Source of the DNA: Nitrospiraceae bacterium
Lineage (GTDB): Bacteria; Nitrospirota; Nitrospiria; Nitrospirales; Nitrospiraceae
Reading direction: 5' to 3'
Assembly: GCA_035573855.1 (NCBI GenBank)
Contig: DATLZU010000026.1
Coordinates: forward strand, 3,392-67,391
DNA length: 64,000 bases
In this document: positions 9,768 through 18,524 of the stretch, piece after piece
How the letters are laid out: each line of letters opens with the position of its first letter
Numbering within the stretch: the stretch's first letter is position 1
Notes under the pieces: generated by a model
The model's database searches: none
Told to the model about the DNA's origin: nothing
The model's input: only the letters and a program-made list of their open reading frames with translations
Program-made: the position numbers and the translations under genes

Positions 9768-10643
9768 ATGCGTGTCGCGGTAATGGGAACCGGACTCCTA
9801 GGTGGGCCGATTGCCGAACGGTTCAAGGCGACCGGCCACCAGGTCGTCGTGTACAACCGTACTCGGGCCAGGGCTGAGCCCTTGCGCGAGCTGGGAATCC
9901 AGGTCGCCTTGCAACCGAAAGAGGCCGTTCGAGCCGCCGAGTGTATCGTGCTCGTGCTGGCGGACGCGGCGGCGATCCGGAGCGTCCTGTCGGCCGACCC
10001 GGTGAGGAAGGAACTGGCCGGCCGCACCGTCATCCAGATGGGGACCATCGGCCCATCGGAGAGCCAGACGCTGAAAGAAGAGGTCTGTGCGATCGGCGGC
10101 GACTATCTTGAAGCGCCGGTCTTGGGAAGCATCGCGGAGGCCAAGGCCGGGACGCTTCAGGTGATGGTCGGCGGCAGCCAGGAGCAATTTGTCCGGTGGG
10201 CGGACCTATTCCGGTCGCTGAGCCGCGAACCGCGATTGATCGGCCCCGTCGGCAAGGCAGCTGCGCTCAAGCTGGCGCTGAACCAGTTGATCGCCGCCCA
10301 AATCGCCGCGTTCGCTCTCAGCCTGGGATTCGTGCAGCGGCAGGGGATCGACGTGGAAACGTTCATGGCTATTCTCCGCGAGAGCGCGCTGTTCGCGCCC
10401 ACCTATGACAAGAAACTCCCCAGATTGCTCCATCGCGAGTATGCCAATCCGAACTTCTCGACGCGACACTTGCTCAAGGACGTCGAGCTCTTTCTGGGCG
10501 AGGCGAAGGGCTGCCGGCTCAACACGGGCAACCTGGACGGGATTCGCAGCTTGTTGCAGAAGACGGTCGGCTTGGGCCTGGCCGAGGCGGATTACTCCGC
10601 CGTGTACGAGGCCGTGAACCCCGCTCAGGGGAATGGTGCGTGA
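9768..10643 (+). CDS. NAD(P)-dependent oxidoreductase, 6-phosphogluconate/3-hydroxyisobutyrate dehydrogenase family
   Basis: Rossmann N-terminus MRVAVMGTGLLGGPIAERF. 291 aa. Its stop overlaps the zwf ORF start (GTGA), which suggests a short-type 6PGDH role. That role is inference. Confidence 0.7.
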   Translation: MRVAVMGTGLLGGPIAERFKATGHQVVVYNRTRARAEPLRELGIQVALQPKEAVRAAECIVLVLADAAAIRSVLSADPVRKELAGRTVIQMGTIGPSESQTLKEEVCAIGGDYLEAPVLGSIAEAKAGTLQVMVGGSQEQFVRWADLFRSLSREPRLIGPVGKAAALKLALNQLIAAQIAAFALSLGFVQRQGIDVETFMAILRESALFAPTYDKKLPRLLHREYANPNFSTRHLLKDVELFLGEAKGCRLNTGNLDGIRSLLQKTVGLGLAEADYSAVYEAVNPAQGNGA

Positions 10644-12124
10644 TTCGGGGACCTTTCGGCATGGCCGATCAGCCCGTTGAACCCCACATCTTCATCATCT
10701 TGGGCGCGACCGGTGATCTCACACGGCGCAAGCTCTTGCCCGCGCTGTACCGCCTGCGAGATCAGGGAGTCCTGGAAAAGCGCAATACCTTGATCGTTGG
10801 CGCCGCGTTGCCCGAGATCGGGGAAGAGGGGTTCCGGCTCTGGGCATTCGAGGGATTGCGCAAAGCAGGCTGGCCGAGCGACAAAGCATTGCGCGCATGG
10901 TGCGAGGAGTGTCTGTACTATCACGCGCTGCCCACCGGGAATGAGCAGGATTATGAAGCGCTAGCGGCCTACGTGCGCCGGCTGGAGCGGATGCACGGGT
11001 TGCCGGAAAATCGCGTGTTTTACCTGGCCTTGCCTCCGGCTGCCGTGCCCGACGCGATTGAAGGGCTAGACCACGCCGTACTCCTCAAGAGTCACGGCTG
11101 GGTCCGGGTCGTGGTCGAAAAACCGTTCGGCCATGATTTCCACTCCGCCCGTGCCTTGAACACGCTGCTGCACCGGTACCTGGAAGAGCCCCAGATCTAT
11201 CGGATTGATCACTACTTGGGGAAAGAGACGGTGCAGAACCTCCTGGCGTTCCGTTTCGCCAACCCGATCTTCGAATCGCTGTGGAACCGCAACACGGTGG
11301 AGAACGTGCAAATCACGGTTGCGGAAGACATCGGGGTCGAACACCGCGGAGCCTACTATCAACAGGCCGGCGCGCTCCGCGATATGGTCCAGAATCACCT
11401 GACCCAGCTCATGACGGTGGTCGCGATGGAGGTGCCGGTCTCCTTCGAGGCCGGCGCGATTCAGGCGGAACGCTTGAAAGTGCTCCATTCAGTGTCACCC
11501 ATTGCGCGGGAGGACGTGGTTTTCGGGCAGTACACCGCCTGGCAGATCGCGGGGCATACGATCAAAGGCTATCGCGAAGAGGCCGGAGTGCCGGGAGATT
11601 CGCTGACCGAAACCTACGTGGCGCTGAAAGTCGATATCAACAACTGGCGATGGAAGGGCGTGCCATTCTACCTTCGGACCGGCAAGCGGCTGCCGCGCAA
11701 GTTGACCCAGGTCGCGGTGACTTTCCGTGAAGCGCCGACGCAGGTGTTCCGGTCACTCGAACCGGGCAGTATCGCTCGCAACAAACTGGTCATCACGCTC
11801 CAGCCCAGCGAAGGCTTCTCCCTCTGTTTCTCAGTCAAAAGTCCGGGACGGCCATTCCGCCTGGCCGACCATGCGCTGCATTTCGACTATGAAAAAGCCT
11901 TCGGCCAACTGCCCGAGGCCTACGAGACCCTGCTTCGCGACATCATGATCGGCGACCAGACACTCTTCGTGAGCGCAGAATTCACCGAAACGGCCTGGCG
12001 CCTGTATGACCCCTTGCTGCAAGGCGAGAAGACTATCCATTTCTACACCGCCGGCACGTGGGGCCCCAGCGAGGCCGATGAATTGGTGGCGCGGTACGGG
12101 CATCAGTGGCAGTTGGGATGGTGA
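10640..12124 (+). CDS. zwf: Glucose-6-phosphate 1-dehydrogenase
   Basis: Contains ILGATGDLTRRKLLPALY, RIDHYLGKE and the EKPFGHD motif. The start is either GTG 10640 or ATG 10661. Confidence 0.95.
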   Translation: MIRGPFGMADQPVEPHIFIILGATGDLTRRKLLPALYRLRDQGVLEKRNTLIVGAALPEIGEEGFRLWAFEGLRKAGWPSDKALRAWCEECLYYHALPTGNEQDYEALAAYVRRLERMHGLPENRVFYLALPPAAVPDAIEGLDHAVLLKSHGWVRVVVEKPFGHDFHSARALNTLLHRYLEEPQIYRIDHYLGKETVQNLLAFRFANPIFESLWNRNTVENVQITVAEDIGVEHRGAYYQQAGALRDMVQNHLTQLMTVVAMEVPVSFEAGAIQAERLKVLHSVSPIAREDVVFGQYTAWQIAGHTIKGYREEAGVPGDSLTETYVALKVDINNWRWKGVPFYLRTGKRLPRKLTQVAVTFREAPTQVFRSLEPGSIARNKLVITLQPSEGFSLCFSVKSPGRPFRLADHALHFDYEKAFGQLPEAYETLLRDIMIGDQTLFVSAEFTETAWRLYDPLLQGEKTIHFYTAGTWGPSEADELVARYGHQWQLGW

Positions 12125-12226
12125 GAGGGCTCGCCCCTCATTCCTCCGGTGCGCCGACGCAACCGCCGGCAACACATTGCCTGGCGGCAGTGACGATTCA
12201 TCCATCAGCAAAACAGAGGGGGACCT

Positions 12227-12862
12227 ATGTCTCGCATAAAAGAACTCAGAGTATCTATCGACAAAAAGCTGGACGCGTTGGAGCACCAGGCGCTGGCGTT
12301 GGAATCACAGCTCACCCAGACAAAGGGACAGGCGTTCCAGCGGCTGGAGCAACGGAAGCAGCAACTCCGGGAGCTGCTCAAGCAGGTGCAGGTCGAGATC
12401 CAGCAATCGAAAGAGCTCGCTGCACAGGTCAAGACAGAGGTTCAGGCCAAGCTGGAGCATCTTCAAGTGCAATTGGCGCTCGGCAAGGCGGAAGCCCGCG
12501 AGGCGCTTGAGGAGCAGCGGACCAGGATTCTCAAGGCCCTGAGCGAGTTCGAATCCATCGTAGACGAGAAATTGAAAGGGGCCGCCTTCGAGTCGGGCAA
12601 GCTGTGGGAGAATCTCGTGGACCGGGCCAGCATTCTTGAAGCGGAATTCGAGGCGCTGAAGAACCGGTTTGAGAGCGAGAAGGCGAAGCAGGAGGCCAAG
12701 CTGGAGGAGAAAAAGCAGGAGATCCTGGCCAAGCTACAGGCCTTCAAGGACCAGCTCAAGGAGAAACGCCGGATGGTCCAGAACAAAGCCGATGCCCTGG
12801 AAAGCGACCTGCGGGAAAGGCTGGAGCAGATCAAGCGGGCGTTTCGGAGCTTGTTCGAGTGA
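12227..12862 (+). CDS. Coiled-coil protein, apolipoprotein/phasin-like composition, function unknown
   Basis: 211 aa. Almost entirely heptad-like, E/K/Q/L-rich helix. SD GAGGGGGA lies upstream of the ATG. Confidence 0.6.
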   Translation: MSRIKELRVSIDKKLDALEHQALALESQLTQTKGQAFQRLEQRKQQLRELLKQVQVEIQQSKELAAQVKTEVQAKLEHLQVQLALGKAEAREALEEQRTRILKALSEFESIVDEKLKGAAFESGKLWENLVDRASILEAEFEALKNRFESEKAKQEAKLEEKKQEILAKLQAFKDQLKEKRRMVQNKADALESDLRERLEQIKRAFRSLFE

Positions 12863-13094
12863 ACAAGGTGATGAAGGATCCGGGGCAAAGAAAAGGGGGG
12901 CCGTAAAGAAAAAAGTCGGGAATCTTTTCACGCGAAGCTCAGGCCTGCCTGGCCCGCAGCGAGGCCTTTACAGCGGACGGGTGTGCGCTTTCGCCCGTTA
13001 CTATCAGCCTTCACAACCCGGCCGGTCGGCGTCAGAACCCGCATTTTCGAATCGGGATACAGGCGCTCTGCAGGATGGATATCGGCGCGCTCGG

Positions 13095-13765
13095 CTACTT
13101 CACGATGTCGAGTAGTGCGACTTCAAAGATCAGCGTGGCGCCGGGCTTGATCTTTGGCGGCGATCCACGATCCCCGTAGGCCAGGTCGGCAGGACAGACC
13201 AGACGGCTCTTACCCCCGCTTTGATGTGTTGCAGGCCCTCGGTCTAACACGTGATGACTTGATTCAGGGGAAACGTCGCTGGCTCCCCTCACTTGACCGA
13301 GCTGTCAAACACCGTGCCGTCGAGGAGCATCCCGTGATAGTGAACCTTCACCGTATCCGTCGCTTTCGGAGTTGCGCCACTCCCTTCCTTCAGCGTCGTG
13401 ACGATCGCACCGGACGCGGTTTTCTTCGCTCCTGACTCCGCCGCCTTCGCGAGGAACGCGGCCCCGGCTTTCTTCTCGGCCTCGGCGACCGCCGCCGCTC
13501 GCGTCTGCTGCAATTGCTGAATCTTGGGCGTCATCGCTTGAAGATCCACCTTGCGCGGCCGCTTGAGGACGCCATCCGTGAGACCGGCCTTCACGAACTC
13601 CAGCTCGGACTCGCTGAGCGTGAAACTGCCGAGGGAGTCGCTGATGGCCAAGCCAATGGCATACAACGCTTTCTGCTCATCGGTGACGGGATCCGGTCTG
13701 GCGGCGATGGCGACAGAAACGGTGAAGCACAGCAGGGCTAAGATGGAAAAGCCGATAACGCGCAT
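13095..13765 (-). pseudogene. FkpA-type FKBP peptidyl-prolyl isomerase, disrupted
   Basis: The signal peptide, dimerisation region and ...[18 protein letters not shown] are intact. Then TGA (13289-13291) replaces the expected R of RGEP. The same frame continues as [17 protein letters not shown] (13244-13246) then replaces the conserved W of GWTEG. A 1-nt frame change at the C5 run 13213-13217 precedes [39 protein letters not shown]. Confidence 0.8.
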
Positions 13766-14107
13766 GGGTCATCCTTTCTTGTGAGGAGGTTCGGCATGGC
13801 AACGCTGCAGGCACTCTGCGGCACGATCACGAAGCGCTAGCATAGGACACCCGCCCGGACGCCCACAACACCTTTGTTGGGCAGGCTTGCGGGAGGCGAG
13901 AGCGCACAGGAAAGCGGGATGCAGGGCGTCGCCGAGCACCCAACGGATGACCGCCCGGACGAAGTACGGTATGATCGTCCATGCCGGCGAGAATCGGGCA
14001 ATTCCTTAGGGCGATGTAGTAATGGACAGGGCGCATCCTCGGCGCGCATTCAACCTCGGGTGCGTCCGGCTTTCTAACCCTATTCCCGACTGGAAAGGAG
14101 GTGCGCG

Positions 14108-14983
14108 ATGGCCTTGTACGCGTTCGACGGGACCTGGAATGAAGAAAAGGACGCGGGGGAGTACGGCAAGAACACCAACGTGGTGAAATTCCGCGACGCC
14201 TACGAGGGCAGATCTGAGTTTTACACGAAAGGGGTCGGCACCAGATATGGGTTCGTCGGGAAACTCTTCGGCGGCGCGTTCGGCGTCGGGGGTAAGGACC
14301 GGATCAACCAGGCGGCGGAGCAACTGGCGCAGTACTTTGCCGCTGGCGATCGTGACATCGACATCGTCGGGTTCAGCCGAGGCGCCGCGTTGGCTCTTCA
14401 TTTCGCCAACACGATCGCGAGCCGCGGCGTGCGGGATCGGGACGGCCGGGTGATCGAAGCGCGACCTGTGATCCGCTTTCTCGGTCTGTGGGACGTGGTG
14501 GCGGCCTTCGGCATCCCGATCGATCTCGGCATCCCGTTCGGTCGGATCAACTTGGGTTATCGGCTCAGCCTGCCCGGCAACGTGACCTACTGCTTTCATG
14601 CTCTGGCGCTGGACGAACGCCGCCAGGCGTTCCGGCCGACCCGGGTTCGCGGCGGCTACGAAGTGTGGTTCCGCGGCGTGCATTCCGACATCAGCGGCGG
14701 GAACGGCAATCTCGGGCTGAACAACATCGCGCTGCGGTGGATGCTGAAGAAGGCGCTGGCGGTCGGGTGCCCGATCAACCGCAACGCCCTCGCCACGCTC
14801 GATGCGCTGGTTGATCCGCAGGCGGACATCAGCCGCAACCTGGACCCGATCAAGAACAGGCCGCGCGCCGTGCGCGCGACTGATCGCATCCACTACACAG
14901 TGACGCCCAGACCCAACCACAACAACCCGCCACCGCACGCGCCGGTCGAGAGTCCGGAGGATGAAGCGGGAAGGTTAGCGTGA
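14108..14983 (+). CDS. DUF2235 alpha/beta hydrolase (Tle1-like phospholipase fold)
   Basis: Starts MALYAFDGTWNE. Nucleophile elbow GFSRGA, LGLWDVVAAFG, and His motif GVHSDISGGNG are all present. Confidence 0.75.
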   Translation: MALYAFDGTWNEEKDAGEYGKNTNVVKFRDAYEGRSEFYTKGVGTRYGFVGKLFGGAFGVGGKDRINQAAEQLAQYFAAGDRDIDIVGFSRGAALALHFANTIASRGVRDRDGRVIEARPVIRFLGLWDVVAAFGIPIDLGIPFGRINLGYRLSLPGNVTYCFHALALDERRQAFRPTRVRGGYEVWFRGVHSDISGGNGNLGLNNIALRWMLKKALAVGCPINRNALATLDALVDPQADISRNLDPIKNRPRAVRATDRIHYTVTPRPNHNNPPPHAPVESPEDEAGRLA

Positions 14984-15490
14984 ATCGGACGGGAACAAAA
15001 CAGGCTGAGGAGAGAACGGCTCCGGTTCCGCGGCGGTATCTTCGCTCCCGGCGTCCTCGATTTTCGTCAGGTGGAAGGCGCCACCGGGTTGCGTCGGCGC
15101 GGTGTCATCGGCGATGCGGGTGTACCACCAGCGGCCTTCGCCTTCCGAGTAGTCGTCTGAAAGTCTCACCTCGAAACCGCCTTCGCGGCCGTTTCCCGGT
15201 TGTCTCCACGTCCCCGTCCAGGTGTGATCGGAAAGCGCGAGGGTCAGGAGCTCGCCATCGTTCCACGGATAGGTTCCGTTTCCTTGTTCATCGAGTTTCA
15301 GGGTCACGACCACGCCGCTGTCTTCGTATTCCCACACCCCTTCCAGCACCTTTAAACGGTCCGGCGGGTTGGGCGCCTCGCTGACGTTCGAACTCGTGTC
15401 GGCGCGCAGGATGGCGGATGGCTGGCTACAGGCGCTCACCGCAGCCGCGCTCAACATCAGCCCGGTGATCCAAGCCCAAGAAGTTTTCAC
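14975..15490 (-). CDS. Lipoprotein, function unknown
   Basis: Internal GTG (comp. 15488-15490) lies 5 nt after SD GGAGAGGG. Signal peptide plus lipobox: (M)KTSWAWITGLMLSAAAVSAC|S. Mature part is W/G-rich. Convergent with the DUF2235 gene and overlaps it by 9 nt. Confidence 0.55.
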   Translation of the reverse strand: MKTSWAWITGLMLSAAAVSACSQPSAILRADTSSNVSEAPNPPDRLKVLEGVWEYEDSGVVVTLKLDEQGNGTYPWNDGELLTLALSDHTWTGTWRQPGNGREGGFEVRLSDDYSEGEGRWWYTRIADDTAPTQPGGAFHLTKIEDAGSEDTAAEPEPFSPQPVLFPSDSR

Positions 15491-16768
15491 TTCACCCTCT
15501 CCATGACCGAATCGTCCGCGGGACATATCGCCGCACCGGACAAGTTCGCTACTTAGCATGATCGGCATTCCTACACAAGAATTTTTGACGGGAAGTCGCA
15601 GAGCGGTGAGCCAAGACAACTTGTCCAACCGGCGACAAGCTTCGTCCAGATCGGCGTCCGTCTTCGCAAAGCAGAAGCGGATGAAACGGTGACCCTCGGG
15701 TCCCTCGAAGAACGCTTCGCCCGGCACACCGGCCACGCCGGTCCCCTCGAGCAGGTACATCGCGCGGTCTTTTCCTGTCGCGCCGGGCAGGCGCGACGCG
15801 TCGGCAAGCACATAGTAGGCGCCTTGCGGTACGGAGGGCGGCAGGCCGGCCTTGCTCAGCGCCTGGCAGAATCGGTCCCGTTTCGCCTGATACTCGCGGG
15901 CCAAGCCCTGATAGAACGACGCCCCCAATTCCTGAATGCCGACGGCCACGCCGAACTGAAGCGGCGCCGGCGCGCAGACATAGAGCAGATCGTTCATCGC
16001 GTTGATCAGCGAGGCCCACTTGGCCTGCGCAACGCTGTAGCCGATCCGCCAGCCGGTGATGCTGAAGGTCTTGGAGTAACCGGAAATCGTGATCGTGCGC
16101 TCCCCCATGCCGGGTAGTGACGCGAGGCTCACGTGCTTCCGGTCGTCGAAGAGAAAATATTCGTAGATTTCATCGGTGAACACGAACAGGTCATGGCGGC
16201 CGGCCAGTTCAGCGATCGCTTCCAGTTCATGCCTGCTGAACACCTTGCCGGAGGGATTGGCCGGTGTGTTGACCACGATGGCCGCGGTCCGGCTCGTGAT
16301 GGCCCGCTCCACGTCGGCCGGCGAGAAGGTCCAGTCCGGGGCCTGCGTGCGCACGACGCGGGGGATCGCTTCCACCGCGATCAGGGCACTGATGTGGTAG
16401 GCATAATAGGGCTCGAACACGATGACCTCGTCGCCAGGATTGAGCAACGCCAGGCAGGCGCAGTGAAACGCGCCGGTGGCGCCGGCGCTCACCGTGATCT
16501 CCGTTTCGGGATCGGCCGTGATGCCGTTGTACTCCGCCAGCTTGCGCGCGAGCGCGTGGCGCAGCTCCGGGAGGCCATCAGAGCGGGTGTAGGTGTTGAT
16601 GCCTTGTCGCATCGCCCGGTCGGCCGCCTCGATCACCAGGCTCGGCGCCGGGGTATCACAGACCCCCTGCGCCATGTTGATGCCTTGTACCCGCGCGCAG
16701 GCCGAGGTCATGGCCCGAATCTCCGATTGGGTCAGCTTCGCCATACGCCGATTGCCTTCGCGCGCCAT
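14975..16768 (-). CDS. Class I/II PLP-dependent aminotransferase; ORF has no stop before the downstream lipoprotein ORF (catalytic domain ends near 15600)
   Basis: PLP-Lys motif SGYSKTFSITGWRIGY, NTPANPSGKVF, and a typical C-terminus IRFCFAKTDADLDEACRRLDKL. The same frame then reads straight into the lipoprotein signal peptide without a stop. Confidence 0.7.
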   Translation of the reverse strand: MAREGNRRMAKLTQSEIRAMTSACARVQGINMAQGVCDTPAPSLVIEAADRAMRQGINTYTRSDGLPELRHALARKLAEYNGITADPETEITVSAGATGAFHCACLALLNPGDEVIVFEPYYAYHISALIAVEAIPRVVRTQAPDWTFSPADVERAITSRTAAIVVNTPANPSGKVFSRHELEAIAELAGRHDLFVFTDEIYEYFLFDDRKHVSLASLPGMGERTITISGYSKTFSITGWRIGYSVAQAKWASLINAMNDLLYVCAPAPLQFGVAVGIQELGASFYQGLAREYQAKRDRFCQALSKAGLPPSVPQGAYYVLADASRLPGATGKDRAMYLLEGTGVAGVPGEAFFEGPEGHRFIRFCFAKTDADLDEACRRLDKLSWLTALRLPVKNSCVGMPIMLSSELVRCGDMSRGRFGHGEGEVKTSWAWITGLMLSAAAVSACSQPSAILRADTSSNVSEAPNPPDRLKVLEGVWEYEDSGVVVTLKLDEQGNGTYPWNDGELLTLALSDHTWTGTWRQPGNGREGGFEVRLSDDYSEGEGRWWYTRIADDTAPTQPGGAFHLTKIEDAGSEDTAAEPEPFSPQPVLFPSDSR

Positions 16769-16939
16769 CCGACATGTTCCTTTGCTCTAAGGCCGCCCTC
16801 TTTCCTGACATACGCGCACGGAGAGGTCAAGCCTGGCCTCCTATGACGCGGGGGTGCAGGGCTCTTAACCCCTGCGCCCCCTGGGCAGGCCGATGGCACG
16901 CTGAATCGTTGGCACAGGCGGGTTCGCACCCGATCGATG

Positions 16940-17581
16940 TTATCTGTAGGCGGGCTGGACCTTACCGGTCCGATAAGCGTGGTAGTACGTGAGGACTTTT
17001 TTGACGTAGAAGCGGGTCTCGCGGATCGGCGGCACTTGTTGATGCCGCTTCACCCGATACTCACCGGCATTGTACGCAGCCAGCGCGAGCGTCAGGTCGC
17101 CGTTGAAGCGGTCGAGCAGATAGCGCAGATGCTTGGCGCCGCCACGGATATTCTCGATCGGGTTGAAGGGATCGTGCACCTTGAGCGACGCCGCCGTACG
17201 CGGCATCAGTTGCATCAACCCCTGCGCCCCCGTCCGAGAGACGGCGGCGGGGTCAAAATCAGATTCGGCCTTGATGACCGCCCGCAGGAGGGCGGGATGC
17301 AACCCATACCGCCGGGCATACCAGGCAATGGCCTGTTCCAATTCGCGCTGAGAGATGCGGGTTCCGATGGAAGTGGTTCCGAAGGGAAGCGGTTGATCGC
17401 GTCGATCGGCGGGCACGTTGGTCAACTTGGGCGTCCCGTCCGGCTGAAGCGCCTGATACACCTCGCTGGTCACGGCGGGTGGCACCAGCACCATCGCACT
17501 CAACATGAGCGCGACCCCCCAGCCCCGTCCCATCGACCTGGCCAGGCTCTTGCCCGTCTTGTCTGGAGTGGTGTTACCCAT
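16940..17581 (-). CDS. Lytic transglycosylase (SLT/GH23 domain), paralog 1
   Basis: Contains AVIKAESDFDPAAVSRTGAQGLMQLMP...ALAAYNAGEYRV. Start chosen at ATG 17581 (MGNTT...), ahead of a hydrophobic signal. The upstream part of the track ORF is unlikely to be coding. Confidence 0.8.
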   Translation of the reverse strand: MGNTTPDKTGKSLARSMGRGWGVALMLSAMVLVPPAVTSEVYQALQPDGTPKLTNVPADRRDQPLPFGTTSIGTRISQRELEQAIAWYARRYGLHPALLRAVIKAESDFDPAAVSRTGAQGLMQLMPRTAASLKVHDPFNPIENIRGGAKHLRYLLDRFNGDLTLALAAYNAGEYRVKRHQQVPPIRETRFYVKKVLTYYHAYRTGKVQPAYR

Positions 17582-17855
17582 ATTCCCGATACCTGGGTCT
17601 CCCTTCGCTGAATGGCGGCTCCCTGTGCGGCCTACCCGGCAGAGGATCAGATTCCGTGCCGTAACGATCGGAGGGACAAGAATGTTCAGCGGCGAAAAAA
17701 CAGGACGTTGCGAAGAGGGGCTTCCCCTGCTTTTGGAGGAAGGCGTTTCGCCACAGGACCGCGTTTTGGCAGATGTAGGCGCAATCCTTGGCACCGCGAA
17801 AGAAGGCGTTCAGCAACGGCCCGGCCGCGGACGGGTTTCTTGACGCACGCTCGCT

Positions 17856-18524
17856 GTGTTACAAGTTCACTGGCTGTTCCGTCACGGAGGGAAGCGCTCC
17901 ATGATCAGCCGACCGCGCTTTGCGTTCCACCTGGCGACCTTGTGGCTACTGGTCGTGGCCGGTGGCTGTGCCGAGTGGACCTACCAGCGGATGAACGATC
18001 CGTCGCGGGATGCCTGGCAGCAGCCCGAGATGGTGATCCAGGCTCTGGCGATCGCCCCCGGCTCGCGCGTCGCCGATCTGGGCGCGGGCGGCGGCTACTT
18101 CACGTGGCGTTTGGCCGAGGCGGTCGGCCCGGCGGGCAAAGTCTACGCGGTGGATGTGGACGAGACTGCGCTTCGCCTCATCGAGCGGGAGACGGCGCAG
18201 CGCGGAGTAGCCGATGTCGAACTGATCCGGGCGACGCCGACCGACGCCCGCCTGCCCGCCGCCGGCGTGGATTTGATCTTCACCTGCAACACCTACCATC
18301 ACCTTCCTGATCGGACCGCCTATTTCAGGTCGCTCGCACGCGCCCTGCGGCCCGGCGGTCGCATCGCCGTGATCGAATACAAAGACAGCGGCTGGCTCTT
18401 CGGCCATGCGACGCCGAAGGAGACAGTGCTTCGCGAAATGGAAGCGGCGGGCTATCGCGTGATCCAGGAATTCGACTTTCTGCCCCAGCAGCATTTCCTG
18501 GTGTTCAGCCCGATCCGCTCATGA
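17856..18524 (+). CDS. Class I SAM-dependent methyltransferase with N-terminal signal/lipobox-like anchor
   Basis: SAM motif VADLGAGGGYFT. The N-terminus from the alternative start 17901 is MISRPRFAFHLATLWLLVVAGGC. Its stop overlaps the permease start (ATGA). Confidence 0.75.
   Translation: MLQVHWLFRHGGKRSMISRPRFAFHLATLWLLVVAGGCAEWTYQRMNDPSRDAWQQPEMVIQALAIAPGSRVADLGAGGGYFTWRLAEAVGPAGKVYAVDVDETALRLIERETAQRGVADVELIRATPTDARLPAAGVDLIFTCNTYHHLPDRTAYFRSLARALRPGGRIAVIEYKDSGWLFGHATPKETVLREMEAAGYRVIQEFDFLPQQHFLVFSPIRS

Noticed and set aside
12227-12862. Coiled-coil protein as a phasin, or as part of a specific system with zwf
   Set aside because: Only compositional resemblance supports it. No PHA synthase or other partner genes are nearby, so it is kept as a hypothetical coiled-coil protein.
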